In this document: piece by piece, positions 27,922 to 38,279 of the stretch
Layout: every line of letters begins with the position of its first letter
How positions within the stretch are numbered: position 1 is the first letter of the stretch
Assembly: GCA_963817525.1 (NCBI GenBank)
Contig: CAWFOU010000007.1
Coordinates: 1,088,001 to 1,152,000 of the forward strand
Direction: 5' to 3'
Length of the DNA stretch: 64,000 nucleotides
Source of the DNA: an uncultured archaeon
GTDB lineage: Archaea > Thermoproteota > Nitrososphaeria > Nitrososphaerales > Gagatemarchaeaceae
Notes under the pieces: generated by a model
The model's database searches: none
What the model saw: only the letters and a program-made list of their open reading frames with translations
What the model was told of the DNA's origin: nothing
Program-made: the position numbers and the translations under genes

Positions 27922-28662
27922 CTACGTCTCGGCGGTGAGCTTGAGGAAGACCTCGTCCAGCCTCGCGTGCTCCCCCGCGTCGGCCATCCGGCGGAGGGTG
28001 TCGAGCGCCCCGAGGGCGACTATGTTCCCCTTGTCGATTATCGCGATCCTCGTGGCGTGGTCCTGGGCGATCTCCAGGTTGTGGGTCGAGAGGAGGACCG
28101 TCGTCCCTCCCTTTCCTTGGGCAGTGATCCAGCTGTTCACGAAGACCTGGGACTTTGGGTCCAAGGCGGTCAGCGGCTCGTCGAGCACGAGCACCTTGGG
28201 GTCGTGGAGGGTCGCCGCTATGAGCGCCACCTTCTGCTTCATCCCCTTCGAGAGCGTGGTCAGGAGCGCGTCCTCCTTCTCCTCGAGGGAGAACGTCATC
28301 AGCGCCTCGGAGATCTTGTTCCGGAGGACGTCGTCGGGCACATCCCTTATCTTTCCCAGAAACCTGAGGAACTCGCTCACGGTCAGGCCAGTGTAGAGCG
28401 AGGGGTTCTCTGGAAGGTAGCCGACGTTCCTCTTCGCGTCTTCGGGGTCCTTTGCGACGTCCACCCCGCCCACCTTCACGTAGCCCGAGGTGGGACGGAG
28501 TATGCCCACGACGATCTTCATCAGGGTGCTCTTCCCGGCGCCGTTCGGCCCTAGGAGGCCGAGGACCTCCCCCTTGGCGACCTCGAGCGAGACCCCGTTG
28601 AGGGCGACTACCTTCCCGTACGTCTTCGTCAGGTTGGAGACCTCGATCTCGATTTCTTGCAA
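27922..28662 (-). CDS. ABC transporter ATP-binding protein
   Basis: GPNGAGKST, LSKGMKQK, LDEP, STH. Confidence 0.95.
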   Translation of the reverse strand: MQEIEIEVSNLTKTYGKVVALNGVSLEVAKGEVLGLLGPNGAGKSTLMKIVVGILRPTSGYVKVGGVDVAKDPEDAKRNVGYLPENPSLYTGLTVSEFLRFLGKIRDVPDDVLRNKISEALMTFSLEEKEDALLTTLSKGMKQKVALIAATLHDPKVLVLDEPLTALDPKSQVFVNSWITAQGKGGTTVLLSTHNLEIAQDHATRIAIIDKGNIVALGALDTLRRMADAGEHARLDEVFLKLTAET

Positions 28663-28710
28663 CGGCCTAGCCTCCAAAGTCAACACGGCGAGCCGCGCGG
28701 GCTCGGCGTC

Positions 28711-29097
28711 TCAAAGACGCGGTCGCTCTCTTGCGGGGCGCCTTGCCTTGACCTTCTCGGCCGCGCGAGGGACCTGCCTCAGCTCGTCGAAGATGTCCCC
28801 GTAGGCCTTCTCGAAGTATTCCATCGACCGTTCGAGGGTGGCCTTCCCCTCCGTCGTCAGCTCGTAGACCGAGTTTCGCCCCTGTTGGCTGGCCACTATC
28901 AGGCGACGGGCAGCCAGGTCCTTGAGGGCCGGGTAGATCGTCCCCGGGTTGGGCTTGTCGCCCCGGCGGTTCCCTATCTCGGTGGCGAGCTCCTGTCCGT
29001 ACATCGACCGCCTGGACAGCAGCCAAAGGATGGTGAAGGACAGCATGCCGCGCATGTCGCACATCTCGTGCCCTTCGTCTTCTTTGGCTGTCTTCAT
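28711..29097 (-). CDS. PadR-family regulator
   Basis: MYGQEL...PNPGTIYPALKDL...YELTTEG. Confidence 0.92.
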   Translation of the reverse strand: MKTAKEDEGHEMCDMRGMLSFTILWLLSRRSMYGQELATEIGNRRGDKPNPGTIYPALKDLAARRLIVASQQGRNSVYELTTEGKATLERSMEYFEKAYGDIFDELRQVPRAAEKVKARRPARERPRL

Positions 29098-29140
29098 CTG
29101 TCAGGACTGTTCCCTACACTCCCCTCCGCAATTATAAGGA

Positions 29141-29184
29141 TATGGGGCGACCAATACCACAGTCTTTATATTGGACGTCCCATA
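29141..29184. promoter_or_regulatory. Two copies of TAT(T/G)GG-N4-CC(A/C)ATA, putative PadR operators
   Basis: TATGGG-GCGA-CCAATA at 29141-29156 and TATTGG-ACGT-CCCATA at 29169-29184, abutting both divergent TATA boxes. Confidence 0.65.
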
Positions 29185-29210
29185 CTAAAGACTTAGGCGA
29201 AAAATCAGGC

Positions 29211-30314
29211 TTGTCTAGCCTCATCGGGGGCGTCGGCGCGGGCACAGTCATCACCGGGGTCTACTACGTGCTCCTCTTCGTGTTGATATTCTACGGCGGG
29301 AGCATCCAGGCCCGCCTCTCCTTGGGGAACATAGGCAAGTCCCTCGGGCGCCTAGAGTCGATGAGGGACAAGGCGAAGAGAGACGTCGTGGACTACTTCA
29401 AGCTCAAGGGCTCTCCGGAGGGCGCCGTCGCAGAGAATGTGGACCGCTTCCTCGAATACGTCACGATAATGCCGGTGGACATGGACCCCGCGGGGATCGT
29501 CGGGAAGATAGGACACATCGCCGAGACTAGCGACGACAGGGCGAGGGCGGAGATCGAGGGCATCATGAGCGGGGCCGACCCGGTCTCGCTCTCGGTGGCC
29601 CAGAACATGCTAGAGCTCGCCAGCGGCCTGAACACCATCCACAAGGTCGTGAGACACTACTACCTTCTCGGCAGGAAGGCCGGCTCGTCGTTCTCGCTGA
29701 TGCAGCTTCAGATGAGCCTCCCACAGATCATGGAGCAAGCCAGCGCGATGTCCAAGGCGATGGACTCCATCAAGACGGGCATGCCCATCGGCGACGGGGT
29801 GGGGCCGCTTGTCGCGTCCAAGTTCCTCGGCGACGCACCGAAGCAGACCGTCGCCAAGGACACGGTCGTGGGGAGGACGGCCCTCGACGGGAGGGCGCTC
29901 TACATCATGAAGGCGGAGGGGCCGATGGGGTACGTCGGGCAGCCGGGAGTCGGGTTGCAGCGCATCGTGGAGGAGATGAACGTCCCCCTCTCGGCGATAA
30001 TCATGGTGGACGCCGCCTCAAAGCTAGAGGGCGAAGAGACCGGCGAGGTGGTGGAGGGGGTCGGGGCGGCGATAGGAGGGCTCGGCGTGGAGAAGTTCCA
30101 GATCGAGGATGTCGCGACCAGGCACAACATCCCCATCTACGCCATCCTGGTCAAGGAGGGAGACCTCGACGTGATGGCGACAATGAAGAAGGAGATAGCC
30201 GAGGGCGCGGAGAAGGCCGTGAGCCTCGTGAAGCGGATAATCCAGGAGAGGACGAAGGAAGGAGACGCGGTCCTCCTAGCGGGCATCGGAAACACCCTGG
30301 GCGTGGGGCAGTAG
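29211..30314 (+). CDS. DUF1512-family archaeal protein
   Basis: IMPVDMDPAGIV, PIGDGVGPLVA, IMVDAASKLEGE, GIGNTLGVGQ. Confidence 0.85.
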   Translation: MSSLIGGVGAGTVITGVYYVLLFVLIFYGGSIQARLSLGNIGKSLGRLESMRDKAKRDVVDYFKLKGSPEGAVAENVDRFLEYVTIMPVDMDPAGIVGKIGHIAETSDDRARAEIEGIMSGADPVSLSVAQNMLELASGLNTIHKVVRHYYLLGRKAGSSFSLMQLQMSLPQIMEQASAMSKAMDSIKTGMPIGDGVGPLVASKFLGDAPKQTVAKDTVVGRTALDGRALYIMKAEGPMGYVGQPGVGLQRIVEEMNVPLSAIIMVDAASKLEGEETGEVVEGVGAAIGGLGVEKFQIEDVATRHNIPIYAILVKEGDLDVMATMKKEIAEGAEKAVSLVKRIIQERTKEGDAVLLAGIGNTLGVGQ

Positions 30315-30324
30315 GCGAGCGAAG

Positions 30325-31287
30325 ATGGCGAAGCTCGACCCACGGCTCTCTACGCGCGCCACCGCTGACGCGCCCTTCGTGATGCACGAGGGCATGCGCC
30401 TCGGCGCCCCCACCCTGCGTGTGAGGCGCCTTCAGCCGGTCCTCGATTTTTACGTGGGCCGCCTCGGGCTGAGCCCGAGGGTGAGGGAGGACGGAGCCTC
30501 GGCCCTGAGGACCGTGGAGCTGGAGTTCGAGGGCGTCCCCGGCCAGACACTGCTGACCCTGAGGGAGGACCCAAAGGCGAGGCGGCCCCGGCCCGACTTT
30601 GCGGGCCTCTACCATTATGCCATCCTCGTGCCCGACAGGAGGAGCCTCGCCTCGACCCTGATCGCAATAGCGAACTCAGGGGTAGCCTACGATGGCTTCG
30701 CCGACCACCAAGTCAGCGAGGCGCTCTACCTTCACGACGTCGAGGCGAACGGGATGGAGATCTACGCTGACAGGCCCAAGATCGCCTGGATGGACTGGAA
30801 GAAGATAGGCGAGCGGATGGCGGCGACCGGGGACATGTCGCTCTTAGCTCCGATGAGCCAGCCCCTCGACTCTGATTCGCTCCTAGGCGAGCTCGGGCGA
30901 GACGCCGCCCGGGCGAAGCCTACCTCGTTCCCAACGGGCGCGAGGATTGGGCACATGCACCTCAGGGTGACCGACCTGAAGAGGTCCGTGGAATTCTACC
31001 ACGAGAAGCTCGGGCTGGACGTCATGATGAACATCCCCAAGATGGGCGCGGCCTTCCTCTCTGCCGGAGGGTATCACCACCACATAGGGCTCAACACCTG
31101 GCACAGCCTCGGCGGCACGCCGCACGAGGAGGGCGAAGCCGGGCTGGAGGAGTTCAAGGTCGTCGTGCCCAACGAGAGCGTACTCAGGGAGGTCTCGAGG
31201 CGCCTTCCCGACGCCCAAGCAGAAGGCGGGTCGCTCACGGTGACTGACCCCGACGGCATCCGGATATCGCTCGTCTCGCAGGCCTGA
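30325..31287 (+). CDS. VOC-family catechol 2,3-dioxygenase-like (CatE-like) protein
   Basis: GLYHYAILVP, DHQVSEALY, IGHMHL, GGYHHHIGLNTW. Confidence 0.88.
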   Translation: MAKLDPRLSTRATADAPFVMHEGMRLGAPTLRVRRLQPVLDFYVGRLGLSPRVREDGASALRTVELEFEGVPGQTLLTLREDPKARRPRPDFAGLYHYAILVPDRRSLASTLIAIANSGVAYDGFADHQVSEALYLHDVEANGMEIYADRPKIAWMDWKKIGERMAATGDMSLLAPMSQPLDSDSLLGELGRDAARAKPTSFPTGARIGHMHLRVTDLKRSVEFYHEKLGLDVMMNIPKMGAAFLSAGGYHHHIGLNTWHSLGGTPHEEGEAGLEEFKVVVPNESVLREVSRRLPDAQAEGGSLTVTDPDGIRISLVSQA

Positions 31288-31334
31288 AGCCCAGCGGGAA
31301 CTGCTTATAGGGCGCAGCAAGTGGGTTCGGGGGA

Positions 31335-32192
31335 ATGCCCACCGTCGACGTCGGAGGCGTCTCGCTATACTACGAGCAGGCAGGCAGCGGTGTGCCCGTC
31401 GTCTTCTCCCACGGGATTCCCACCGACTACCGGGCGTGGAACGCCCAGGTCAAGGCGTTCTCCCAGAGGTACCTGACGGTGGCCTACAGCAGGAGGTACG
31501 CCGCCCCCAACACGAGGCAGGGAGACGTCAGGGACAGCACCATCGCAGCCAACGCGGCCGACCTGAAAGGGCTGATCGAGACCCTCGGGATAGCGCCCGT
31601 CCACCTCGTAGGTCACTCCTACGGCGGGTTCACGGCCGCCTACCTCGCGGCCGAGCACCCTGACCTCGTCCGCACACTCGTGCTCGTGGAGCCCGCGATC
31701 GCCACCCTCCTGGTGGAGGACCCGAACAGCTCCGGTCAGATGTTCGCCCTGCTTATCGGGAACCCTGGCGTCGCCCTCTCCGCGAGGCGCTTCCAGTCCG
31801 GGTCTCTAGTCCCCTCCCTGAAGGCGCTTGACGCAGGCCAGGAGAAGAAGGCGGTCGTGCTAAACGTCGACGGCGTCCAGAACAAGGTCGGGGCGTTCGC
31901 CGAGCTCCCGGACCCTGTGAAGACGATGATGCTAGACAACGCCAAGACGATAGCGGAGCTGAGGACGAGGCTCCCGCCCTTCAAGAGCCAGACCGCCGAC
32001 ATCTCCTGCAGGACGCTCGTCATAAACGGCGAGCAGACCGCAGTGTGGCTGCGGCGCATCGGGGAGCTGCTCGACCGGCAGGTGCCGAAGTGCGAGGCGC
32101 TCACGGTGACCGCCTCCAGGCACTTTCCTCACATGGAGAACGCTCCCGAGTTCAACGAGAGCGTGCTCAAGTTCATCTCGAAGCGGGACTGA
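31335..32192 (+). CDS. Alpha/beta hydrolase
   Basis: HG oxyanion motif, GHSYGG, C-terminal HFPHME. Confidence 0.9.
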   Translation: MPTVDVGGVSLYYEQAGSGVPVVFSHGIPTDYRAWNAQVKAFSQRYLTVAYSRRYAAPNTRQGDVRDSTIAANAADLKGLIETLGIAPVHLVGHSYGGFTAAYLAAEHPDLVRTLVLVEPAIATLLVEDPNSSGQMFALLIGNPGVALSARRFQSGSLVPSLKALDAGQEKKAVVLNVDGVQNKVGAFAELPDPVKTMMLDNAKTIAELRTRLPPFKSQTADISCRTLVINGEQTAVWLRRIGELLDRQVPKCEALTVTASRHFPHMENAPEFNESVLKFISKRD

Positions 32193-32194
32193 CC

Positions 32195-33286
32195 TCAGAG
32201 GACCTTCCAGGCCCTCACGGCGTACCTCGTGAGGCGCCCACGGTCGAGCTCGACCCCTATCCCCTTCCCGCGGCTCGGCCTCACCCTACCGTGGTCCATC
32301 TCGAACGGGTTCCTCACCAGGTCCTTCTCGAAGTACCTGTCGTTCGGCGAGGTGTCCCCGGGGTAGTCCACCAGCCTTTGCGACGCGAGCGCTACGTTGA
32401 ACGCCCTCCCCACGCCCGTCTCCAGCATCCCTCCCACCCAGACGTGGGCCTTGCTCTCCCTCGCGAGCCGGACGATCTCCATGGCGACCGCGAGGCCGCC
32501 CACCCTCCCGGGCTTGACGTTGATCACCGACGCCGCCCCTATTTCCAGGGCCTCCCTCGCCCCCTCGAGCGTCGTCACCGACTCGTCCAGGCAGATCGGG
32601 GTGGAGATCTCCTTCGCCAGCCTCGAGTGGTCCGCGAGCGCATCTAATCCCAGCGGCTGCTCCAGGTACTCGAGCCCGAACCTGTCGATGCCCCTCAACA
32701 GCTCCAGGTCCTTCGGGAGACTGAAGCACGCGTTCGCGTCGGCGCTGAGCGGGACGTCGGGGAACGCATCCCTCACCCCCCTAAGCGTCAGCAGCGCCCC
32801 TTCCCTGTCTATCTTTACCTTGACCCGCCTGTAGCCCTTCGCCACGGCGGCCCCCACCCGGGCCACGACCTCCTCCCCGCGTCCCAGCCCGATGGCGATC
32901 CCGGCGTCGGCGTATCCCCTCGACCCGCCCAAGGCCGCGTCCAACGGAAGGCCGTCTACCTTTGCCTGGTAGTCCCATAGGAGCATCTCCACCGCGGCCT
33001 TCGCCATCTGGTGGCCCTTCACCCTCCCGACGGAGGCGAGGAACTTCGCGGGCGTCGGAGGCCCCGCGCGCAGCAGCTCGGCCAGCACGTCCTGGATGAA
33101 CCGGAGCGCCGTTTCGTTGTCCTCTCCAGTGCACGAGGGGGACTCGTCCGTGACGCACTCCGACAGCGCCTCCGTCCCTTCGTGCGCCAGCCTGAGTATC
33201 AGGGCGTTCCTGGCGAGCATCGTCCCGCCGCTGTTGGAGAACGAGGAGAGCAGCGGCATCCTCACCAGGCTCACACGGAGGGTCAA
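32195..33286 (-). CDS. menC: o-Succinylbenzoate synthase (OSBS/NAAAR enolase family)
   Basis: KVK, DAN, EQP, LDES, NVKPGRVGG, GGMLETG; divergent from menF; TTG start inferred. Confidence 0.88.
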   Translation of the reverse strand: MTLRVSLVRMPLLSSFSNSGGTMLARNALILRLAHEGTEALSECVTDESPSCTGEDNETALRFIQDVLAELLRAGPPTPAKFLASVGRVKGHQMAKAAVEMLLWDYQAKVDGLPLDAALGGSRGYADAGIAIGLGRGEEVVARVGAAVAKGYRRVKVKIDREGALLTLRGVRDAFPDVPLSADANACFSLPKDLELLRGIDRFGLEYLEQPLGLDALADHSRLAKEISTPICLDESVTTLEGAREALEIGAASVINVKPGRVGGLAVAMEIVRLARESKAHVWVGGMLETGVGRAFNVALASQRLVDYPGDTSPNDRYFEKDLVRNPFEMDHGRVRPSRGKGIGVELDRGRLTRYAVRAWKVL

Positions 33287-33378
33287 CCCGGGTTCGGCAG
33301 CCTCGGTCCGCTTTAAGACTTGAGCCGCGCAACCCTTAATACCACTGAGCAGTGGTAATTGCTGGAATAGGAGCGAGA

Positions 33379-34818
33379 ATGCCCTCCCGCCGTACCGCCT
33401 CGACCCTGTCTCTGGAGGAGCCGCGCCAGCGCTCGCCCCTGCAGGACTGGGTCGACCGGGCCCTGACCGAGGGCCTCTCGGATGCCCGGCGCATGAGCAA
33501 GGCGACGCTGCACGTCGCCAGCAGGAGGGTCGACTGGCCCCTGCCCCTGTGGGTCTTCGACTCGCCTGTCCAGGACGTGCACTTCTTCGGCGGACCCGAG
33601 CGAGCGGTCCTCGGCGTGGGGGTCGCCAAGGCCTTCGACCTGGGTCAGCCGGGCCGGGTGGGGCGGCGCGCGAGGACCGCACTGCTCGCACTGGGCTCGC
33701 TCTCGGCGTCTGACGCCTCCAGGGTCTCCCTGATCGGCGGCTGGGGGTTCCCTTCGGCCCACGGACGGAGGAAGCGCGGGCCCTGGATCGACTTTCCGCC
33801 TTCACGTTGGGTGGTCCCGGCGTTCACGCTCACCTCGAGTGGAAGGGAGACGAACCTCACGATGGTCGCCGACGTGGCGCCCGACTCAAAGGCCGCTCCC
33901 ATGCGCGCCGAGTATCGGGCCCTTGCGAAGGGGCTGCAGCCCCGCGCGGCGAAAACTAGGACAGAGTCCCTTCCCTCGCTCAAGAGCTCGAAGAGCACGC
34001 CCACTCGCGCGAGCTGGGTCTCGGCCGCCCGGCAGGCCATCGACTCCATCTCTAGGGACGAGCTCAAGAAGGTGGTCCTAGCCCGGGCGGTCGCGCTCAC
34101 CTTCAGAGCAAATGTCCCGTCGTCGGTGGTGCTCAAGAGGCTGATAGCGTTCAACCCCGACTCCACCGTCTTCGCGGTCAAGAGGAGGGAGTCGGTGTTC
34201 CTGGGAGCCACCCCGGAGAGCATCCTCTCGTACAGGGGAGGGGAGGTGGGGGTCGACTGCCTTGCCGCGTCCTCCCCGCGGTCGGCGGACAGGGAGACAG
34301 ACTACATGCTCGGGACGCGCCTGCTCCGCGACCCAAAGTCCACCAGGGAGCACAAGTTCGTCGTCCGAGCGGCGGTGAGCGCCCTCTCGACGATAAGCTC
34401 GAGGATGGAGGTCCCGGGGGCGCCAGTGATAAAGAAGCTCACCACGATACAACACCTCTACACGCCGGTGAAGGCGACGCTGCTCGAGGGGGAGGACGTG
34501 TGGGCGGCCACGACGGCGCTCTGGCCGAGCCCGGCGATAGGCGGCGAGCCGACGGACACGGCGGTCCGCTGGATCCAAAAGTTCGAGAGGCTCGACAGAG
34601 GATGGTACTCGGGGGTGGTCGGGCTCATGGACGCCCGACAGAGGGACGCGGACATGGTCGTCGGGATCAGGTCCGGCGTCATCACCGGACGGCGCGCCGT
34701 CATCTACGCCGGGGCCGGCCTCGTCGCGGGTTCAGTCCCGAAGGACGAGTTCGAGGAGACGGGTTGGAAGCTCCGGGTAATGCGCCGGGCGCTCGGCGTC
34801 GAAGCGGACGGAAGGTGA
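33379..34818 (+). CDS. menF: Isochorismate synthase
   Basis: KKVVLAR, FLGATPE, IQHLYTP, DRGWYSG, IRSG, YAGAGLV. Confidence 0.92.
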   Translation: MPSRRTASTLSLEEPRQRSPLQDWVDRALTEGLSDARRMSKATLHVASRRVDWPLPLWVFDSPVQDVHFFGGPERAVLGVGVAKAFDLGQPGRVGRRARTALLALGSLSASDASRVSLIGGWGFPSAHGRRKRGPWIDFPPSRWVVPAFTLTSSGRETNLTMVADVAPDSKAAPMRAEYRALAKGLQPRAAKTRTESLPSLKSSKSTPTRASWVSAARQAIDSISRDELKKVVLARAVALTFRANVPSSVVLKRLIAFNPDSTVFAVKRRESVFLGATPESILSYRGGEVGVDCLAASSPRSADRETDYMLGTRLLRDPKSTREHKFVVRAAVSALSTISSRMEVPGAPVIKKLTTIQHLYTPVKATLLEGEDVWAATTALWPSPAIGGEPTDTAVRWIQKFERLDRGWYSGVVGLMDARQRDADMVVGIRSGVITGRRAVIYAGAGLVAGSVPKDEFEETGWKLRVMRRALGVEADGR

Positions 34819-36572
34819 CGCAGTCGGAAGACTTCGAGGCCTACGCCCAGTCGTTCGTCGACGGCCTGGTCGACGGCGGGGTGAAGGACGTGGTCGTCTG
34901 TCCGGGCTCCAGGTCGACGCCCCTAGCCCTCTCGTTCGCGAGGAGGGCAGACAAGATGAGGATGTGGGTGCTCTACGATGAGAGGTCGGCCGCGTACTTT
35001 GCCCTCGGACTGGCGAAGAGCTCGTCGAACCCCGTGGCGCTCGTCTGCACCTCCGGGACTGCCGCGGCCAACCTCCTCCCCGCGGTGGCCGAGGGGAAGC
35101 TGGGCCGCGTCCCCATCATCGCGGTGACGGCCGACAGGCCCCCCGAGTCCCGAGACTTTGGCGGGGCCCAGACGATAGACCAGGTGAGGCTCTTCGGCTC
35201 CCACGTAAAATGGTCTCAGGACATGCCGGTGGCGTCGGGCTCGGACTCGCTCATCCGGTACTCCCGACTGGTGGGCGCGCGCGCCTCGCACGAGGCCTCG
35301 TCGACCCCCCGGGGGCCTGTCCAGGTCAACTTCCCGTTCCGCGAGCCGCTGGTCTCGAACCCGCCGTGGGTCGAGACGTCCGGGGCGCCGAGCGGCCGGG
35401 CTGTCACGGTCATAAGGAGCAAGGCGTACGCAGACGAGGCCGAGATCCGCCGAGTCGGGGCGGGGCTGGCCGTCCACAAGAGGGGTGTGATAGTCGCGGG
35501 GCCGGGGGACTACCCGCCTGACCTGCGCCTCGAGCTGTCGAGGCTATCCGAAAGGCTGGGGTGGCCCATACTCGCCGACGCGCTCTCCAACCTCAGGCGG
35601 GACGGGGCGCTGAGGTCGGGGTTGGTGAGGTGCTACGAGCTGTTGGTGCGAAGCGACGGGTTCAAGTCGAACAGGCCGGACTGCGTCGTTCGCTTGGGAG
35701 CCGTCCCGACCTCAAAGGAACTGAACTCCTTCTGCCGGGGGGCGCGGACCATCCTCCTGGACGATGGGAACGGATGGAGGGACCCTGAGTTCGAGGCCAC
35801 GACCATGATATTCGGCGAGCTCGGACGCTCCGTTTTCTGCCTTAACGACACGCTGACGGGGGCGCTTTCGCCCGACCCGAACTGGATGGGGCTCTGGCTC
35901 CGGGCGGACGCGGAGGCCGAGGCAAAGGTCGCGTCCCTGATGGACGGGATGGGCGAGCCCTTCGAGGGGAAGCTCTTCCACGTCCTCTCAAAGGGCCTGG
36001 CGCCTGCGGCCCCCTTGACGGTCGTCGTCGGCAGCAGCATGCCCGTGCGCGACCTCGATTACTTCTTCCTCCGCGGAAACAAGAACGTCCGGCTGGTCGC
36101 AAACCGCGGCGCGAACGGGATAGACGGGGTCGTTTCCACCGCGATGGGGATATCCGCATCCGAGGGCGACGTGCTCCTGGTGCTCGGGGACGTCTCCTTC
36201 TACCACGACATGAACGGGCTTCTCGCCTCCAGGCTCTACAAGCTCAACGCGACGATAGTGGTGGTCAACAACAGGGGCGGAGGGATCTTCTCCTTCCTCT
36301 CGCAGCGCTCGCTCCCCAATGACCTGTTCGAGCAGCTCTTCGGAGAGGCGCACGACATCGACTTCTCTGGGGTGAGGGCCCTCTACGGGGGTGAGTTCAC
36401 CAGGGTCTCGGACTGGGGCTCGCTCGCCGGCGCCTTGGCGTCATCGACCAAGGTGAAGGGGCTGAGGGTGATCGAGCTGATGGCCCCGGACAGGGACCGC
36501 AACGTGGAGCTGCACAAGGATGCCTTCAAGGCGGCCTCGTGGACCGCGGGGGCGCAGGGGGAGGCTCGCTGA
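34815..36572 (+). CDS. menD: SEPHCHC synthase
   Basis: CPGSRSTPL, DERSAAYFALG, CTSGTA, ADRP, NRGANGIDG, GDVSFYHD..NN.GGGIF. Confidence 0.95.
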   Translation: MTQSEDFEAYAQSFVDGLVDGGVKDVVVCPGSRSTPLALSFARRADKMRMWVLYDERSAAYFALGLAKSSSNPVALVCTSGTAAANLLPAVAEGKLGRVPIIAVTADRPPESRDFGGAQTIDQVRLFGSHVKWSQDMPVASGSDSLIRYSRLVGARASHEASSTPRGPVQVNFPFREPLVSNPPWVETSGAPSGRAVTVIRSKAYADEAEIRRVGAGLAVHKRGVIVAGPGDYPPDLRLELSRLSERLGWPILADALSNLRRDGALRSGLVRCYELLVRSDGFKSNRPDCVVRLGAVPTSKELNSFCRGARTILLDDGNGWRDPEFEATTMIFGELGRSVFCLNDTLTGALSPDPNWMGLWLRADAEAEAKVASLMDGMGEPFEGKLFHVLSKGLAPAAPLTVVVGSSMPVRDLDYFFLRGNKNVRLVANRGANGIDGVVSTAMGISASEGDVLLVLGDVSFYHDMNGLLASRLYKLNATIVVVNNRGGGIFSFLSQRSLPNDLFEQLFGEAHDIDFSGVRALYGGEFTRVSDWGSLAGALASSTKVKGLRVIELMAPDRDRNVELHKDAFKAASWTAGAQGEAR

Positions 36573-36573
36573 G

Positions 36574-37437
36574 ATGCCGGAGCTCAAGGGGAGGGGCGGC
36601 AGGCCCAGCATCTGGTACGAGACCAGGGGCGAGAGGTCTAACCCCCCGCTGGTCCTCCTCCACGGGTTCACCGGGACGCACCGCACTTGGGACGAGCTGA
36701 GCGAGGCGCTCGCAGAGGAGCACTTCCTCATCGTCCCCGACCTCCCAGGCCACGGCAAGTCCGGCGTCTCAAACTCAAAGGAGGGGATGGGGGTGAGGGC
36801 CACAGCCGAGGCCGTGGCCGAGCTGCTGCGTACCGAGGCCGGGGGAAGGAAGGCAGCGGTCCTAGGCTACTCTCTCGGCGGCCGGGTCGCCCTCGACCTC
36901 GCGTGCGCGCGCGAGGACCTCCTGAGCCGCCTCGTCGTCGAGGGGGCCTCTCCCGGGCTCGAGCGCGCCGACGAGAGGGAGGACAGGAGGGCCCGGGATG
37001 ACGCCCTCGCGGGCGATATCGAGGCTCGCGGAGTCGGGTGGTTCGTCGACCACTGGCAGGACACCCCGCTCTTCGCCACACAGAAGGACCTCCCGCGGGA
37101 GCTCTTCCAGCGGGTCAGGCGGGACCGCCTCTCGAACTCCGCGAGGGGCCTGGCGATGAGCCTGCGCGCGGCGGGCACGGGCCGGATGGCCCCGCTCTGG
37201 GGCGAGATCGAGAGGCTCGGCATCCCGGTCCTCATAGTGGTCGGGAAGAGGGACCAGAAGTACGCGGCGACCGGAGAGGCCATGCGGGCAAGGATCCCCG
37301 AGAGCACGCTTGCGGCGGTCGAGGGGGCAGGGCACTGCGTCCACGTGGAGAAGCCGGTGGAGTTCGCGGAGCTGGTCGAGCGATTCCTAGACGGACGCCA
37401 CGTGGTGGCGAGGGCCGCGAAGGGGAGATCACGATGA
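36574..37437 (+). CDS. menH: SHCHC synthase
   Basis: [33 protein letters not shown]. Confidence 0.92.
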   Translation: MPELKGRGGRPSIWYETRGERSNPPLVLLHGFTGTHRTWDELSEALAEEHFLIVPDLPGHGKSGVSNSKEGMGVRATAEAVAELLRTEAGGRKAAVLGYSLGGRVALDLACAREDLLSRLVVEGASPGLERADEREDRRARDDALAGDIEARGVGWFVDHWQDTPLFATQKDLPRELFQRVRRDRLSNSARGLAMSLRAAGTGRMAPLWGEIERLGIPVLIVVGKRDQKYAATGEAMRARIPESTLAAVEGAGHCVHVEKPVEFAELVERFLDGRHVVARAAKGRSR

Positions 37438-38279
37438 AGAAAGCTAGCGACGGGAAGAAGAACACGGCCGGATGGGAGACCGTCAAGGAGTACGAGGACA
37501 TACTCTTCCAGCGCAAGGGAGGGATGGCAAAGCTCACAATCAACCGGCCGCACGTGAGGAACGCGTTCAGGCCAGAGACCCTCTTCGAGCTCTCCGAGGC
37601 CTTCGCCATAGTGAGGAACGACCCCACCCTCGGCGTGGCCATCTTCACAGGGGCGGGGGACAAGGCCTTCTGCTCTGGGGGGGACCAGAAGGTGAGGGGC
37701 CACGCCGGGTACGTGGACAAGCAAGGGGTGCCCAGGCTCAACGTCCTCGACCTCCAGAAGCAGATCCGCAGCCTCCCGAAGCCCGTTATCGCGATGGTGG
37801 CCGGGTACGCCATAGGCGGGGGCCACGTCCTCCACCTGGTATGCGACCTCACCATCGCGGCAGACAACGCGGTCTTCGGCCAGACAGGCCCCAAGGTCGG
37901 GAGCTTCGACGCGGGCTTCGGGGCGGGCCTGATGGCGCGCCTAGTGGGGACGAAGAAGGCCAAGGAGATCTGGTTCCTCTGCAGGCGATACGACGCCCAG
38001 GAGGCGCTCAGCATGGGCCTCGTCAACACGGTAGTCCCCCTGGCGCGCCTCGAGGAGGAGACGGAGAGGTGGGCCGAGGAGATACTGCAGATGAGCCCCA
38101 CCGCGATCAGACTGATGAAGGCGGCCTTCAATGCCGACACGGACGGCCTCGCCGGCCTCCAGGAGCTCGCGGGTGACGCCACCATGCTCTACTACATGAC
38201 GGAGGAGGCCAAGGAGGGGAGGGACGCGTTCCTCGAGAAGAGGAAGCCGAACTTCAAAAAGTACCCGTGGCTGCCTTGA
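37434..38279 (+). CDS. menB: 1,4-dihydroxy-2-naphthoyl-CoA synthase
   Basis: [33 protein letters not shown]. Confidence 0.97.
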   Translation: MKKASDGKKNTAGWETVKEYEDILFQRKGGMAKLTINRPHVRNAFRPETLFELSEAFAIVRNDPTLGVAIFTGAGDKAFCSGGDQKVRGHAGYVDKQGVPRLNVLDLQKQIRSLPKPVIAMVAGYAIGGGHVLHLVCDLTIAADNAVFGQTGPKVGSFDAGFGAGLMARLVGTKKAKEIWFLCRRYDAQEALSMGLVNTVVPLARLEEETERWAEEILQMSPTAIRLMKAAFNADTDGLAGLQELAGDATMLYYMTEEAKEGRDAFLEKRKPNFKKYPWLP